Below are positions 28,117 to 41,897 of a DNA stretch of 64,000 nt, one piece after another. The notes under the pieces were generated by a model that saw only the letters and a program-made list of their open reading frames with translations, did not search any database and was not told where the DNA came from. Both the position numbers and the translations under genes were made by a program. This DNA comes from Eledone cirrhosa (Eukaryota). How positions within the stretch are numbered: the stretch's first letter is position 1; every line of letters begins with the position of its first letter. The DNA is taken from assembly GCA_964016885.1 (NCBI GenBank), contig OZ024745.1, forward strand, positions 129,766,001 to 129,830,000, written 5' to 3'.

Positions 28117-28501
28117 TTCCTCGCCTGTCTCGCTAGCAGTCTTTTTCTCGCTTACACTTGCAGAGGTCAGCCGTGTCTTCTCGTCCGCATAATCTCGAAC
28201 TTACGCTCAGTAATTGTCGTAGACTTTAATTTTCTCTCTTCGAATTGCTCACACACTCTTCCATTTGTTATTTCCCGTTTTTTTTCGCTGTTTTTCTCCT
28301 TCCTTTTTTCTTCCCTTTTCCCTTCTGTTATCCTATACTTTCTTTCTCTCTCTCCTTTGTTTTCCCAATATCTTACCTAGTTATTAAACGCACTGGGGTA
28401 AAATATATTGTCTTTAATGCGTAGAAATATCCGAGACCCCCCCCAGCAGACAACTGATGAGGGAAAACTTTCTCCCGTTCCAGCTTTCATCTTATTTTTA
28501 A

Positions 28502-28565
<64 letters not shown>

Positions 28566-29739
28566 GATGGGTTTACACGCATATATGTAGGGAGGGAGGG
28601 GGGTTACATTTAAACGCTAAGAACCATTTAACTCCGTGTACCGTCTCACCTAATCTTAGCTTGGAATAAATATTATTCCATTAAATTTTAAACTCTTGAG
28701 TAATAAGTTCACGGGTGTGTTCTCCATATCTACATATTCACTCTCAATAGCTAAACTATAACGGTTATAAGTTTATATTTTGCTGGAAAATAAATTCATT
28801 TATACTTCGTCTCAAATTCTGTACGGTGTTTATTTCCTCATTTGTTCGTCTATTCATATATTATTTACATTTTGCTGAATACGGTTTATTTGTTTCTGCA
28901 AAAGAGTAACCTCTATGAATAATAAATGTGCTTCTCAAAATAGGCAAATGTCACATATAGCTCCTGATATTTCAGTGCAGTGCACTTACAATATGCAGCT
29001 ATTAAATCTTCGTAGTTCGTTGACGTGGTTTATAGTGTATCAGTAACAGGTTTCAGCATATAAAAGTATAATTATATTTCATTGCTTTATAGTCACTTGC
29101 ATAGCTAGAAACCAGCACCACACTTAAATACTTACTTACTTGTACTTGTGGGACGGCTCACTCGGGGTAGTGATTTGAGTCGGCTTCTTGGAAGGAATTC
29201 ACGTTGTAAGTTCATTCGAATTGAGGTTTCTTCGGGTGATTGGTTTCACAAGCGGTACCCACCCGCAAGTATATGCTTAACTTTAGGATTGCATCGGTTA
29301 TAGAGCAAAGCTCTCATTTTCGCACCAAGCCCAATTTGGTAATGCAATGCCAGTGCCGCGACGAGGACGCGTAGGTGAGTGTTAAGTCGGCAGATGTGAT
29401 AAAAACAACCTATTTGAGAGATTTTGTAGGCCAGCAGGCGCCCACCCCACTGCCCAGCTCAGGCATACCCGCATTGGCATCATCAGGCTTAGGTACTATA
29501 ATATAAAATGAAATATATTATTGAATACTAAATTTATTGTATAATCAGTATATTCGCCTCCTGACTAATCAAACAGTCCAGCTTTCAAACTGGTGTCTCT
29601 TTTGCAGATGTAGCGTTTGACCAGCATTCATAGATTGTTGGCTTCTAGAGATATGGCTAAAGGTAAACTTCTGAGTAAGTAAGATGTATGCCCAGTACCC
29701 CTACTCTAGTTGATGATATATTTGTGAATAACATTATTT

Positions 29740-30275
29740 CTCACACTGAATCATGATAACCTCAGGATGTTCGTATAGTTAGTTTACGACTATATATAAT
29801 AATGTGTGGGATAACATGAATAGACCTGAACTAATTTTGAAGCCGTGATTGGTGAAACTAAATTATACGTAATCAATGATGTTGAACAGAAATTATGACT
29901 GTCTGCCATGATGAGGTTCAAGCAGTAAAAGTTGGATTAGATGATAGGTCTCGGCTGTAGTGTAGTATGAGGCGATGATAATGATAAATGCATATCTGTC
30001 GTGTTTGAGTATATTTAGGTTATATATAAGTTTGTGGTGCCCTTGTATGTCATCATCAGAGATGTTGACGTGTAGATTGATGTTTTCGTGAATAGATTTG
30101 AGGGTACGAAACTGGATCTAGGAAATTTGGTATAATTGATCACCTAAGCAAGAGACAATACATAATACCATTTTCTCAAATTTTGAGATGTTTGTGTTCT
30201 GTGCGTGAGAATGATATGGTGGGATCCTTGACAAATAAATTGCTGAAGCAGTTGTGTCTTGGTGCCTCTATTCAT
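29740..30275 (-). mobile_element. Very old L2/CR1-like LINE relic
   Basis: Faint motifs GTKTQL and KLNYTNIL (compare SRLDYCNSLL). Confidence 0.3.
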
Positions 30276-30396
30276 TAAGAACCTTCGTTTCCTGAAGTTT
30301 TTGATTTTCGAAAACCTGGTCTCTTTACACTAAATAGCAGATACAACCCTTGAGTTAATAAATAGTAACTTGCGAAAAACGTTTAAAATACTTCAG

Positions 30397-30472
<76 letters not shown>

Positions 30473-30671
30473 CTGGAGGATTTTTAAACGTACAACTTCT
30501 CAATGTTGTTTGACCGTTTGAAAACCGAGGTCAATATGAATTTGCAATTGTGTTAACATTTTATCTATAGCACAACAATAGAAAAACGTTTTCTCGATGG
30601 TGTAAGGCATAGTTCGTAAAGACTACTTAGACGATATGTTTAGCAAGGTATATATATATATATATATATAA

Positions 30672-31085
30672 TGAAGATAATACGTCAATATGTGGAGCAA
30701 TGAGAAAAATTACACGCAAAGACAAAACAACGTAAATGGTATAACTTCGTTTTTTCCGTTCATTGCCAGAGAACGTCTCTATGAACCACCTAATAGAATA
30801 TTAGTCTACGATTTCCTTTATACCATAAACGTGGTTTTGTCTTCGCGAGTAATTGTTTTCAATGCACCAAATAATGACGTATTAACTTCGTTTTTTTTTT
30901 TCGTTCTTTGACAGGGAACGTTTCCACGAACCAAAATATCGTCTTCCTGTCTTCCTTCGGTTGCAACGTTTTTTGAAATATTTACTTCTGCGTTCACAGA
31001 TTGACTTTTTTAGTTTCAGAAGATCCCGTTCAGGGTGAAAGCAGCGATTCTTTGTTTAAACTTTAATCTGTTATTTTAATAAATA
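30672..31085 (+). mobile_element. Family A element with 5' inversion and variant HHR
   Basis: 30672-30747 is inverted relative to the rest; HHR-like fold 31012-31062; AATAAA then (TA)n. Confidence 0.85.
31012..31062 (+). ncRNA. Variant hammerhead-like motif (CAGAAGA core)
   Basis: agttt-CAGAAGA-tccc/gggt-GAAA-gca..tg(t/c)-TT-aaact. Confidence 0.55.
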
Positions 31086-31110
31086 TATATATATACAAAT
31101 TGTAGGATGA

Positions 31111-31208
<98 letters not shown>

Positions 31209-31686
31209 GTAGAAATATTTGGATAGCAAGATTAAGGATATTTTCACAACAAAAAAGAGGAGCTAATCACATAATCACATTATCGATAAATCGGGAGAGA
31301 TGTGAATGGAAAACCATTTCGCTATTTAGTTTAATAACGGTATTTTATTAAATGATTTGACTTTCAAGTTTCAGTAGTATAGAATACCAGATCAAACGCA
31401 ATGAGGATAACTACAAAAAGTAAAATATAACGAATAAATGTAATGATTGTTGTAGTTGCTGGATTAGTGTGATTCACAGTTGACACGCTAATATGTATAG
31501 AACACTCATCTTCATACACACAAGAAATACATACATACATATATATATGAACACACACACACACATATATATATACACATATATATATATATATACACAC
31601 AAATACACACACACACACATATATAAATATATGTATATATTTATATATACATGTGTGTGTAAATATATATGTATTTACAAGCACCT

Positions 31687-31689
<3 letters not shown>

Positions 31690-31727
<38 letters not shown>

Positions 31728-31741
31728 TATACATGCACACG

Positions 31742-31795
<54 letters not shown>

Positions 31796-31814
31796 ATATA
31801 TATATAAATAAAAG

Positions 31815-31904
<90 letters not shown>

Positions 31905-31974
31905 TATTTAATATATATATATATATATATAAATATATATATATATGTATATATATTATAAATATATATGTATA

Positions 31975-32025
<51 letters not shown>

Positions 32026-32245
32026 TTATATATATGTATATATATATATATATGTATATATATGTATATATATATGTATATATATATGTATATATATATG
32101 TATATATATATGTATATATATATGTATATATAAGTATGTATATATATATGTATATATATATATATGTATATATAAGTATATACATATATATGTGTATATA
32201 TAAGTATATATATGTATATATATGTATATGTATATATATATATGT

Positions 32246-32277
<32 letters not shown>

Positions 32278-32496
32278 GTATATATATATGTATATATATA
32301 TGTATATATATATATGTATATATATATATATGTGTATATATATATATATATACGTATATATATATATATATACGTATATATGTATATATATATATATACG
32401 TATATATGTATATATATATGTATTTATATACGTATATATGTATATATATATACGTATATATGTATATATATATACGTATATATGTTTATATATATG

Positions 32497-32531
<35 letters not shown>

Positions 32532-32620
32532 GTATATATATATGTATATATATATATATATATATATGTGTATATATATATATGTATATGTATATATGCA
32601 TATATATATATGTATATATG

Positions 32621-32671
<51 letters not shown>

Positions 32672-32760
32672 GTATATATATATATGTATATATATATGTA
32701 TATATGTATATATATATTTATATATATATATGTATATATATATATATGTATATATATATT

Positions 32761-32791
<31 letters not shown>

Positions 32792-32906
32792 GTATATATA
32801 TATTTGTATATATATATGTATATATATATATGTATATATGTATATGTATATATGTATATATATATATGTATATATATATATGTATATGTATATATATATG
32901 TATATA

Positions 32907-32947
<41 letters not shown>

Positions 32948-32990
32948 GTATATGTATGTATATGTGTATATATATATACATATATATACA
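31690..32990. repeat. Long degenerate (TA)n/(TATATG)n tract
   Basis: Direct; similar tracts at 5720-6012, 10470-10965, 12181-12368, 14930-16030 and 59160-60205. Confidence 0.97.
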
Positions 32991-33147
32991 CACGCCATGG
33001 CTGGCCTATTCTTGACAGGAAATTATCATCTCTGAACATTAAATTAAAAATTGAAATTTCAATCAACTACAAACAATAATGATTTAAATTCCGACAAATA
33101 TTAAATTTTTCAAAGGTAATCGATACGAGAAAGTAAATAATGAGCAC

Positions 33148-33660
33148 GTGGTGGTTGTAGTGGTGACGTTGGTGGTGGTGATGGTGGTGGCGGTGGTTAT
33201 GGTGGTGGCGGTGGTGATGGTGGTGGTGGTGGTGGTTATGGTGGTGGCGGTGGTGATGGTGGTGGTGGTGGTGGTGGTTGCGGTGGTGGTGGTGATGTTG
33301 GTGGTTGCGGTGGTGGTGGTGGTGATGGTGGTGAGGGTGGTCACCACCACCATCACCACCACCACCACCACTACCACCACCATCACCAGCACCATCACCA
33401 CCATCACCACCCCCATCACCACCATCACCACCACCCCATCAACACCCCATCACCAACACCACCATCACCACCACAACAACACCACCACTATCGCCACCAT
33501 CACCGCCACCACCACCACCACCACCATCACCACCACCGCCACCACCGCCACCACTACCACCACCATCAACACCATCGCCACCATCAACACCATCACAGTC
33601 GCCACCAGCGACACCACCACTAAATCAACAACATCATCTCATCATCATCATCATCATCAT
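33148..33660. repeat. (GGT)n array switching to complementary (CAC)n array
   Basis: Strand switch at ~33341. Confidence 0.95.
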
Positions 33661-33725
33661 GGTCGTTATCACTATCACAATCCTTGTCCTAGTAAATATA
33701 TTCTACATATTATTATTATTGATAA

Positions 33726-33932
33726 TGGCGGTGGATTGGCAGTATCGGTAGAGGGTCGGACGCCATGCTTTGACGTATAGAGTTACGGCCCTTGCCATTC
33801 TGAGTTCAAATCCCGCCGAGGTTAACTTTGCCTTTCATCCTTACGGGGTTGATAAAATAAAGTACCAGTAAGACACTGGGATAATTGCTGGCCTTGTGCC
33901 AAAAGTAGAAACAATTATTATTATTATTATTA
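33726..33932 (+). mobile_element. Full-length SINE
   Basis: Consensus match. Confidence 0.92.
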
Positions 33933-34211
33933 ATACATTCGAAGAAAGTCGGTATTTAAAGTTAAATACAGATATTGTTTTACTTTGGGTGAGTCACATT
34001 GCCTCTTCAATTTATTATAAGTTTCCGGCTTGTTAGTTCGATAACCGGAATATTGTTTATATATTGTCAAAGTTCTTTCGTCACACATCTGTGACCTCCT
34101 CAGTGACAATATTTTTATTTTGAGTGCCTTTCCTTTGCTCTGTCAACACACAACACACAAAATAAAAACCTACCGAACTCCTCGCCTTTGGAGTGACTGC
34201 TCAATCAACTC

Positions 34212-34248
<37 letters not shown>

Positions 34249-34695
34249 GCAAAAGTTCTATATAAATTGTTGGAATACAACAAGTAAATATTTTTATAAC
34301 TGATATAAAGCACTCGACAATTGTTTGGAGTAGATATACGATATTAACAAATGGAAACTATATTTATAAAACCATATTTATTTCATTATACATATTTCAA
34401 GGATACCAAGTCAAACTATGGTATGCCTTCATCAGACAAAATACAATATATACCAGTTTTATAAATAAACATTGACGTACCCTTTCAAAATGCGACCATT
34501 ACTTTTGGAAGACATCCTGATGTCTTCCAAAAGTAATGGTCGCATTTTGAAAGGGTACGTCAATGTTTATTTATAAAACTGGTATATATTGTATTTTGTC
34601 TGATGAAGGCATACCATAGTTTGACTTGGTATCCTTGAAATATGTATAATGAAATAAATATGGTTTTATAAATATAGTTTCCATTTGTTAATATC

Positions 34696-34701
<6 letters not shown>
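34249..34701. mobile_element. Family B fold-back element: 183-bp arms, HHR in each arm
   Basis: Arms 34334-34516 / 34519-34701 with no mismatch seen, 2-nt loop, ~85-bp extension, (TA)n flanks. Confidence 0.92.
34593..34655 (+). ncRNA. Type I hammerhead ribozyme (mirror copy 34380-34442 on minus strand)
   Basis: attttgt-CTGATGA-aggcatacca/tggtatcctt-GAAA-tatgta-TA-atgaaat. Confidence 0.82.
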
Positions 34702-34733
<32 letters not shown>

Positions 34734-35399
34734 TTTTTTCTTTCTTATTTTATTTTGATGCAGCTCATTTTTAATGCGTGAGGTCCCTCTACACAGGAGA
34801 GCAGCTCTGTGTACATTGGCTGATTTGTCATTTGTATTTATGTATTTACTAATTCTAACTTCCCTATTATACTAAACATATTCTAGCTAATGCAGTGGTT
34901 AGTAATGTATTTTCTATATAATGTTCAGTCTGCATCATTCTTATCATTCTGAGACACATATTACTTTGGGTTTATCTCTAATTTCAATCTACAAACCCTA
35001 TTTATTTCTCTTTCCAGATCTTTATTATCAGATTCTTCATGCACATTATTTATGTATATTACCGTTCTTTCGACTTAATATAATATATTTTATTCGGGAT
35101 TTGGAAACAAATCTGGCAAGGATTTTCTGTCTTAGAACAGCATTTTGCTACGACTGATACACCTTAGAAAATAAGTATAAATGGTTTCGACTTTGACGAT
35201 GTTATTTATGGTTTACAAATTATTTGAATGTTCAAAATATTAGAGGTTAACGAAATGAAATATTGCTCACATTAACTTCTTCAAGTACCACTTGAAGAGG
35301 AAGATGTATGTAAAGAGAGAGTGAGAGAGTTCATGAGAGAGCCTGAGAGAGAGAGATAGGGTGGCAGGAGAAAGCGGGAGAGATGTGTGTTGACTTCTT

Positions 35400-36050
35400 G
35401 TTTGTTTTGAGAACTATAGAGGAGAGAGCTCTCCACTTTATTGAAAGATTTCCTGTGAGCCTTCCCGTTCCTTCTTTGAACGCCGTACTGTAGAAATTCC
35501 ATATAAACCTAAAACTAATTCCAAATTCCTCCCATTTAATTAACTTTTCAATAATTATCCTACACTCCTTAAGTATACTTCCTGGGTCATATTTTTTATT
35601 TCCTTGCTCCTGATTTTTTCCGGCTAAATCTCATCCAGATATTTCTATACTTATGAATTAAGTTACTTTATTTCTTCACTATTTGGTAGTTTAATCCATT
35701 TTCCCGAACGTTTTTCTTCTCCTCAGGGATATTGCTGCATATTTTTATATTACAAATTCCGTCTCAATACCCTTAAAGGTTTTAGTCAGCCATAAAAGGC
35801 AAATAACTGATTAATGGGCTCTTTTTTCTTGCTGCATATAATATCAAGACAATGCTTAGTTTTCTCTGGGTTGTTCCGTGCTGACATATATGGCTGTCTT
35901 CCAATTTGCCAATACCTCTCCTTGTTCATACTTTTCTTAATCATATATCAATTGATTTTCATTTCTGTCAAGTAGAGCACAATTCTATAAATAACTCGTT
36001 TGATCAAATCTTTGTTCAATTCTTGTTCTTGGTCAGCCATAATTAGGCTT
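35400..36050 (-). mobile_element. Highly degenerate LINE (RTE-like) relic
   Basis: VESSLLYSSQ resembles RTE VESILLYGSE; little other support. Confidence 0.3.
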
Positions 36051-36109
36051 TCTCTTTCTCTCTTTTCAAGTTCGTTTTACTCCCTCTTTACCAAGTCCAA
36101 TTAGTTTTT

Positions 36110-36240
36110 GAAGGTGTGTAGCTTAGTGGTTAGAAAGTTGGATTCACAATTATGAGATTATGAGTTCGGTTTCTGGGCCGTGTGATGCGTTATGTCCTTG
36201 AAGAAGACACTATATTGCACATTGCTCCTTCTCCCAGGAA
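36110..36240 (+). mobile_element. Second SINE family (tRNA head plus CORE-like domain)
   Basis: tagcttagtggttag...gagttcggtttc...tgtccttgaagaagacact; homolog at 50490-50590 on minus strand. Confidence 0.7.
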
Positions 36241-36695
36241 TTGCGATCGATCGATAATACCAGTATTAGGAAATACCAATGGAATAATTGGTACCTTTGT
36301 CCGATCTGCCGAATTCCATCCCACACATTAAGGGAATAAGGTGTGGGATCTTAACGACCTGACCAGAGTAACCACCACCGCGCAATTGTCTGAAAGGGTG
36401 TGTAATGTATATCAGTGTGTTTTATTTAAAAGATCATTGTGTTGTATTCGCAATGAAACGCATTAACAGTGTGTGTAATTATTAGGACTGAATGCAGAGC
36501 TACTTTCTTTGTTGATGTTATATGACACAGCCAAGGTTATCTTTAATAACTCCCCTTAGTACTAAAATAGCTCAGCTCAAGTCATTTGTGTAATGATTGT
36601 GCATGAAAATAGCTTTAACGGTGTATCTAATTAAAGTTTAATTAAAGGTTATATTTTTGTAATACACGTGTTTTAAAATGCAATTATGTTGCACA

Positions 36696-37404
36696 TACGA
36701 TGTCAGTCACAAAAGAAACAGGATTGGGGTCACAAACAAAGTACTTCAAATTCAAACTACAAATTACAATTTTTCCCTTCGAAATAAACTCCCTCGTGTC
36801 TAATGTACTTTCTCATTCTCCTCCACTACGCCTCTATGCACTCATGGAAGGATTCTTCCAAGATCCTCCTCAGCTCCCTCGTCACGGCCTTCTTGATGGC
36901 TTCCACATCCAGAAAACCAGTCCCCTTGACGGCCCTCTGGAATCATCACTGGTGATGATACTCCTCAGCAAAAGTGGTTCGGTTTCAAGACGCTCGAGTA
37001 TGTCCTTACACACCGGCATGCGCCGCTATTTCTGGTAATTCTTCAGCAGCTTTAGCGCCATATTCGTGCAGATCTTCCATATATGCCTAAATTTCGGTGA
37101 TAATATTCCAAACGCTTTCACAGTTCATGCCCAGCTCACTTGTGATCGGTCTACCAGTTAGCTTATGATCTCCTCGTGCCCCCTGCCTCATGGGCTCAAT
37201 GGCAGTCAGCTCTGCTGGTTGACAGCCTTCCAATCCAGAGATCGTCTTCAACTTTCTCGTGTCCCACTTTGAAACTTATTGTGCTACTCGTTTTATCTCT
37301 GTCCACTTATTGCAGTATTCTGAGTGCTTCTGACAGAGGTTTCACCAGCAGGGCCAGAAACATCAAACTGGTTTGTTGTTCTGTGCCCATCACTCGAAGC
37401 CCTA
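36696..37404 (-). mobile_element. Older mariner relic related to the 11-kb copy, internally deleted
   Basis: Terminal repeat tacgatgtcagtcacaaaagaaacaggatt; homology to 11185-11752; start codon ATGGGCACAGAACAAC near 37390. Confidence 0.85.
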
Positions 37405-38183
37405 ATATATATATATATATATATATAATATATAGTATAACTGAACAAAAAAGAAAAAAACGAACACAGACATATACATATATGTGTTCAAATCGTAATG
37501 GACCAGAATCGCTAACTCAATACATGCCTTTGATATATATATATTGGGGTGGCATTTATAGGATATTGTCGTCGCGTATTTTATCTAACCAATTTGCCAG
37601 TTTTACTAAATAATCTTTTGTGTAATATTTAGAGATAATGCAAAGACTGAAATGAGTTATCAATTTTTGATCCTCTATCCTCATTAGTTTATAAATGATT
37701 GGCTTCCAAACATGTTTTTAAATAATATGTTATGTCTACATAAACAGTCAATTCAACAAATGTTTCATTTTTCAATGTAACTTGTAAATTTGTATTAGCT
37801 GCATTATCGTTTATTATCTAAAAGAAAATATTTAAGGAATACTTCACTATTTGTTAGTTCCTTTGGAGGCTGAACCAATTGCACATCTCCTGTTCTTACA
37901 TTCTTTCACTTCATGTATTCTTATCTAACATTTTATTTTCATTTTGTATAATATATAAACGAACAGATAGACAAACGTTGTATGGTCTGCTGTGATAGCC
38001 ATCTACAATAATATACAAGCTGATCTAAATAGGGAATTATCTATAGCCCTCTCCGGATTAAAATATAACGAGTAAAACTATTATATGATGAATGGGGAAC
38101 AGTTCTGAATATGTTAATGGGGAAAAGAATATCAGAAAAGGGCGAAAGAAACATTGAGTAGAAATACAGCTGTCTATTATTAT

Positions 38184-38355
38184 TGGATTGGCAGTATCGG
38201 TAGAGGGTCGGACACCATGATTTGACGCATAGAGGTACGTCCCTTGCCATTCTGAGTTCAAATCCCGCCGAGGTTAACTTTGCCTTTCATCCTTACGGGG
38301 TCGATAACTGGAATAATTGCTGGATTTGTGCCAAAAGGAGAAACAATTATTATTA
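38184..38355 (+). mobile_element. SINE with small internal deletion
   Basis: Consensus match. Confidence 0.88.
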
Positions 38356-40399
38356 CTTGTTTGTTTTATATAGTGGATGGCATGTTATTTGATGTTAATA
38401 TGTTAAGAGGACAAAGGGAGAAAACAACGTTGGAATGATACAACAGGTTATTTACATTCATAATTCTCTCACGAATAGTTATATTAAGGAATGGATCTTA
38501 ATCACGTGATGTATCTTAAATTTTATCTCAATAAATCCTCCAGCCCATGCTTAAAAGAAACTTTTGACTTGAATTGGCCTTATAGAATTATTGTCTATAC
38601 AATATACGTACATTGGAAGTAATTCAGACCTATCTACTTTAGATAGTACGTTGGCACATGATTCAACTTAATTCTGTATACTTGACTATCAAGTAGGTAG
38701 TAGTATATTCTGAAGGGTTTTATTTCACGGAACTCATGTTTCCGTATAGAAAGAATGCATTACACTTATGTTAGTGGGGCACCCTAAAAATAGTAAAGAA
38801 CAGTCCTTTGAAACATTCGACTAAGGGACAATAATCTAATATATTCAAGAAATAAATATCGAATATCAAAATGTAAAAGCAATTATTAATCTATTCCCAA
38901 TCTCAGTTCAAAGAAGACCACCCTATTAAGATTAGAATACCTTTTGTAAGTAACTACATATTAGAGTATATATAAGAGAAAAAATATATTCAATCATTAG
39001 CATGCGTAATACTTTGTGTTCTAGATTATTAAATTACGTTGTTGCTTTTTGAAACAGGTAGCCGAAAAATCATTTGTTTTTATAATTTGCCTGTTTCTTT
39101 TGTATTGCGTTGTCGTCAATTTAACTATTTCTAAATATATAGAGTTTGCTGGTTCACTTTACTGCTGTAATCAGCTAAAACACTATGGTGGTGATGACTT
39201 ATGAGAAGTTTAATTTCCCCAACATGAAACAATAAATAAATAAAACTACAACCTGCGATAAACTAATTTCAGTTCCAGGTGTAACTTCGTCTCTCCCCCG
39301 CTTAAGGCTACTTAAACTGGTGATAGAGATAAGTAGAGGAACTGTGAATGTTTAAATAAGCGTAGCAGCTGTGGAAAACAGTAGTTTTAAAAGATGCCCT
39401 CTAAATAATTATTTTCAGAGTTTCTATTTTTGAAAGTGCTTCCCCTATATTGTTATAATATTTTCAGTTTTATTATGTATGATCTCAGAGGGAATTCAGG
39501 GAAAGGCAAGCGGATATATTGTTGATAATATCTCTCGCAATCATTTCATAGGGACTCTCCTTAAGAATACAAAAACAAAGGAAATTCAATAAATGATGGA
39601 GAGAATAAATGTTCTCTAGAAGATAATTATTTCAATGTTATTTTTGTTACTAATTATTATGGAATTAGCTGTTGACATTTCAATAGTATTCTTGCATCAG
39701 CATCGCATCACTATTTTAAGTTAACGTCTCTTTACGCCTAATTTTAAGCACGTAACATACAAACAAAAATCGATACAACCACCTAATAGAGCTCCAGTAA
39801 TCATTATCACCTCTATCGGTAAATTGCAGTGAGGATTTCATGCCATTCGAATGGTTAGGAGAGTTAATCTGGAAAAAATAAAATAATGTTTAATATTCTA
39901 CAGTGAAATCAGCAAATGAAATGTTATTTCCTATATCCTGACTACAAAATCAAATGTATGGAACAATATAACTAAAAGAAAAACAAACTAATCATTTTCC
40001 TTCGCAAATATATCATTTAGTAAATATTGAATTAAAGTTAGTAGATTCAATGTTTTTGACTATATTATATGTTGTTCTTTACAAGTCCTTCCCATCTCTA
40101 GCGGCTTATATGCCAAAATTATTACATTATTTTTTATAGTCAAAAGCTTTGAAGATACTAACCATAATTCAAAACATCCTATCCGCTCATTGTTCTAAAA
40201 ATAGATTCTTTACATATTATTTAAATAGCTGAGGTACCCAGCTTCGCTAGGGTTAACAAATGATAAGAGAAGACCGGCAGAAGAGAAAACTTCTGTATTG
40301 AATGCATTGTCTAGTTTACAGTGTGTGTGTATTGTGTGTGTGTCTGTTTGTGTGTGTTTGTGTATATATATATGTATATATGTGTGTGTGTGTGTGTGT

Positions 40400-40481
<82 letters not shown>

Positions 40482-41441
40482 ATATGTGTGTGTGTGTATA
40501 TATATATATGTGTGTGTGCCTGTGTGAGCGTGTGCGTGTGCGTGTGGGTGTGTGTGTGTGTGTGTAAACAACCTTTGGAATCGGAGACATAGGCCGCGAA
40601 ACACGATCATCACTGACAACGAACTCGAGAGAGAATCCCTTATGGCTGATTCCCAAACTGCTAGAAATAGCAGTCAGGTTCGTTAGCATACGTGGTATGT
40701 CTTTCTTCTTCTTTGGTGTTATAAAATTAGTATCAATAAACTTTCCTGGATATACTCTTATCCCAATCCTGTACATACTTTCCGACTGTCACTTCGTTTT
40801 TTTTTTCGTGTGATACGCGAAGGAACCAACCAACACACATCTCTCTTTTATTTGTTCATTCAAAATATTTTTCACCTAATTCTGTCGTACAATATACATC
40901 AGCAATCGTTATCTAATGTTTAAAACATATGAACAGCTGCGATATATGCACCATATCAATCAACAACGATATGAGAATTGAATACCATACTAAAGCGCCA
41001 GTAAGCTTGCTAAGAACCTGCAGATATAAATGTTAATAAATACATTTGGCTTGGGTAAACTTTAAAATGTTCTTTCATTGTAGGTTTCTTTTCTCAGCCA
41101 GTACGTTAAAGAAAATTGATAGTTAAAACAATAAAGGTTGAACAGAGAACACATTTTTTAACAAACTTTACAATAATTTGTACAAACATAATGGAAATTC
41201 CAAGTAACAGAAAATACATAAATTACATTGTTAGAGCCTCAGAGTATACAATATTTTTTGTTCGGCTCTCGGGAGCAAAGATTAAGAGATTGTTTGGCGA
41301 GCTCACCCTAGAGCATCCTACATACAATTGACTATGGTTTCCCAGACGAAGGCCAGCCACATTTAGGGTTTGACCCTGAGCTTTGTTGATGGTAATCGCG
41401 AAACTTAGTCTCTCTGTTGCTCTAGTAACATTTTTTCTTCG

Positions 41442-41653
41442 GGAAAATCTGATCTTGCGGCCAGGCTAGGACTTTTTGGGTGGCATATCGGCAGTAACAA
41501 TGAGGATAAGCCGTCTGTGCTTTCGTGAAATAAATACCTTTTTTATAACATGTTCTGGAAAATCTGATCTTGCGGCCAGGCTAGGACATTTTGGGTGGCA
41601 TATCGGCAGTAACAATGACAATAAGCCGTCTGTGCTTTCGTGAAATGAATACG
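41442..41653 (+). repeat. ~116-bp period tandem duplication
   Basis: Two copies of ggaaaatctgatcttgcggccaggctaggac...gtgctttcgtgaaat. Confidence 0.9.
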
Positions 41654-41734
41654 TTTGTTTATATTTTGTTTTTGTGTATGCAAAAATATCTGTACACGAA
41701 TATATAATTTTATATATATATATACATATATATA

Positions 41735-41897
41735 TTAAAATAACAGATTAAAGTTTAACGAAAGAATCGCTGCTTTAACCCTTAACGGGATCTTCTGAAA
41801 CTAAAAAAATCAATCTGTGAACGCGGAAGTAAATATTTCGAAAAACGTTGCAACCGAAAGAAAACAGGAAGATGATACTTTGGTTCGTGAAGACGTT
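41735..41897 (-). mobile_element. Family A 3' fragment next to (TA)n
   Basis: Same terminus as the other family A copies. Confidence 0.85.

Noticed and set aside
29597-29670. AG/GT-bounded exon candidates (also at 44661)
   Set aside because: Stops in all three frames; no other support
31968-33079. Long Y/I/M/C-rich ORFs (also at 5.7, 10.5, 12, 47 and 59-60 kb)
   Set aside because: Translations of (TA)n/(CA)n microsatellites, which lack stop codons
33148-33780. Poly-V/T/H ORF of 210 aa
   Set aside because: Trinucleotide repeat running into a SINE; no domain or splice support
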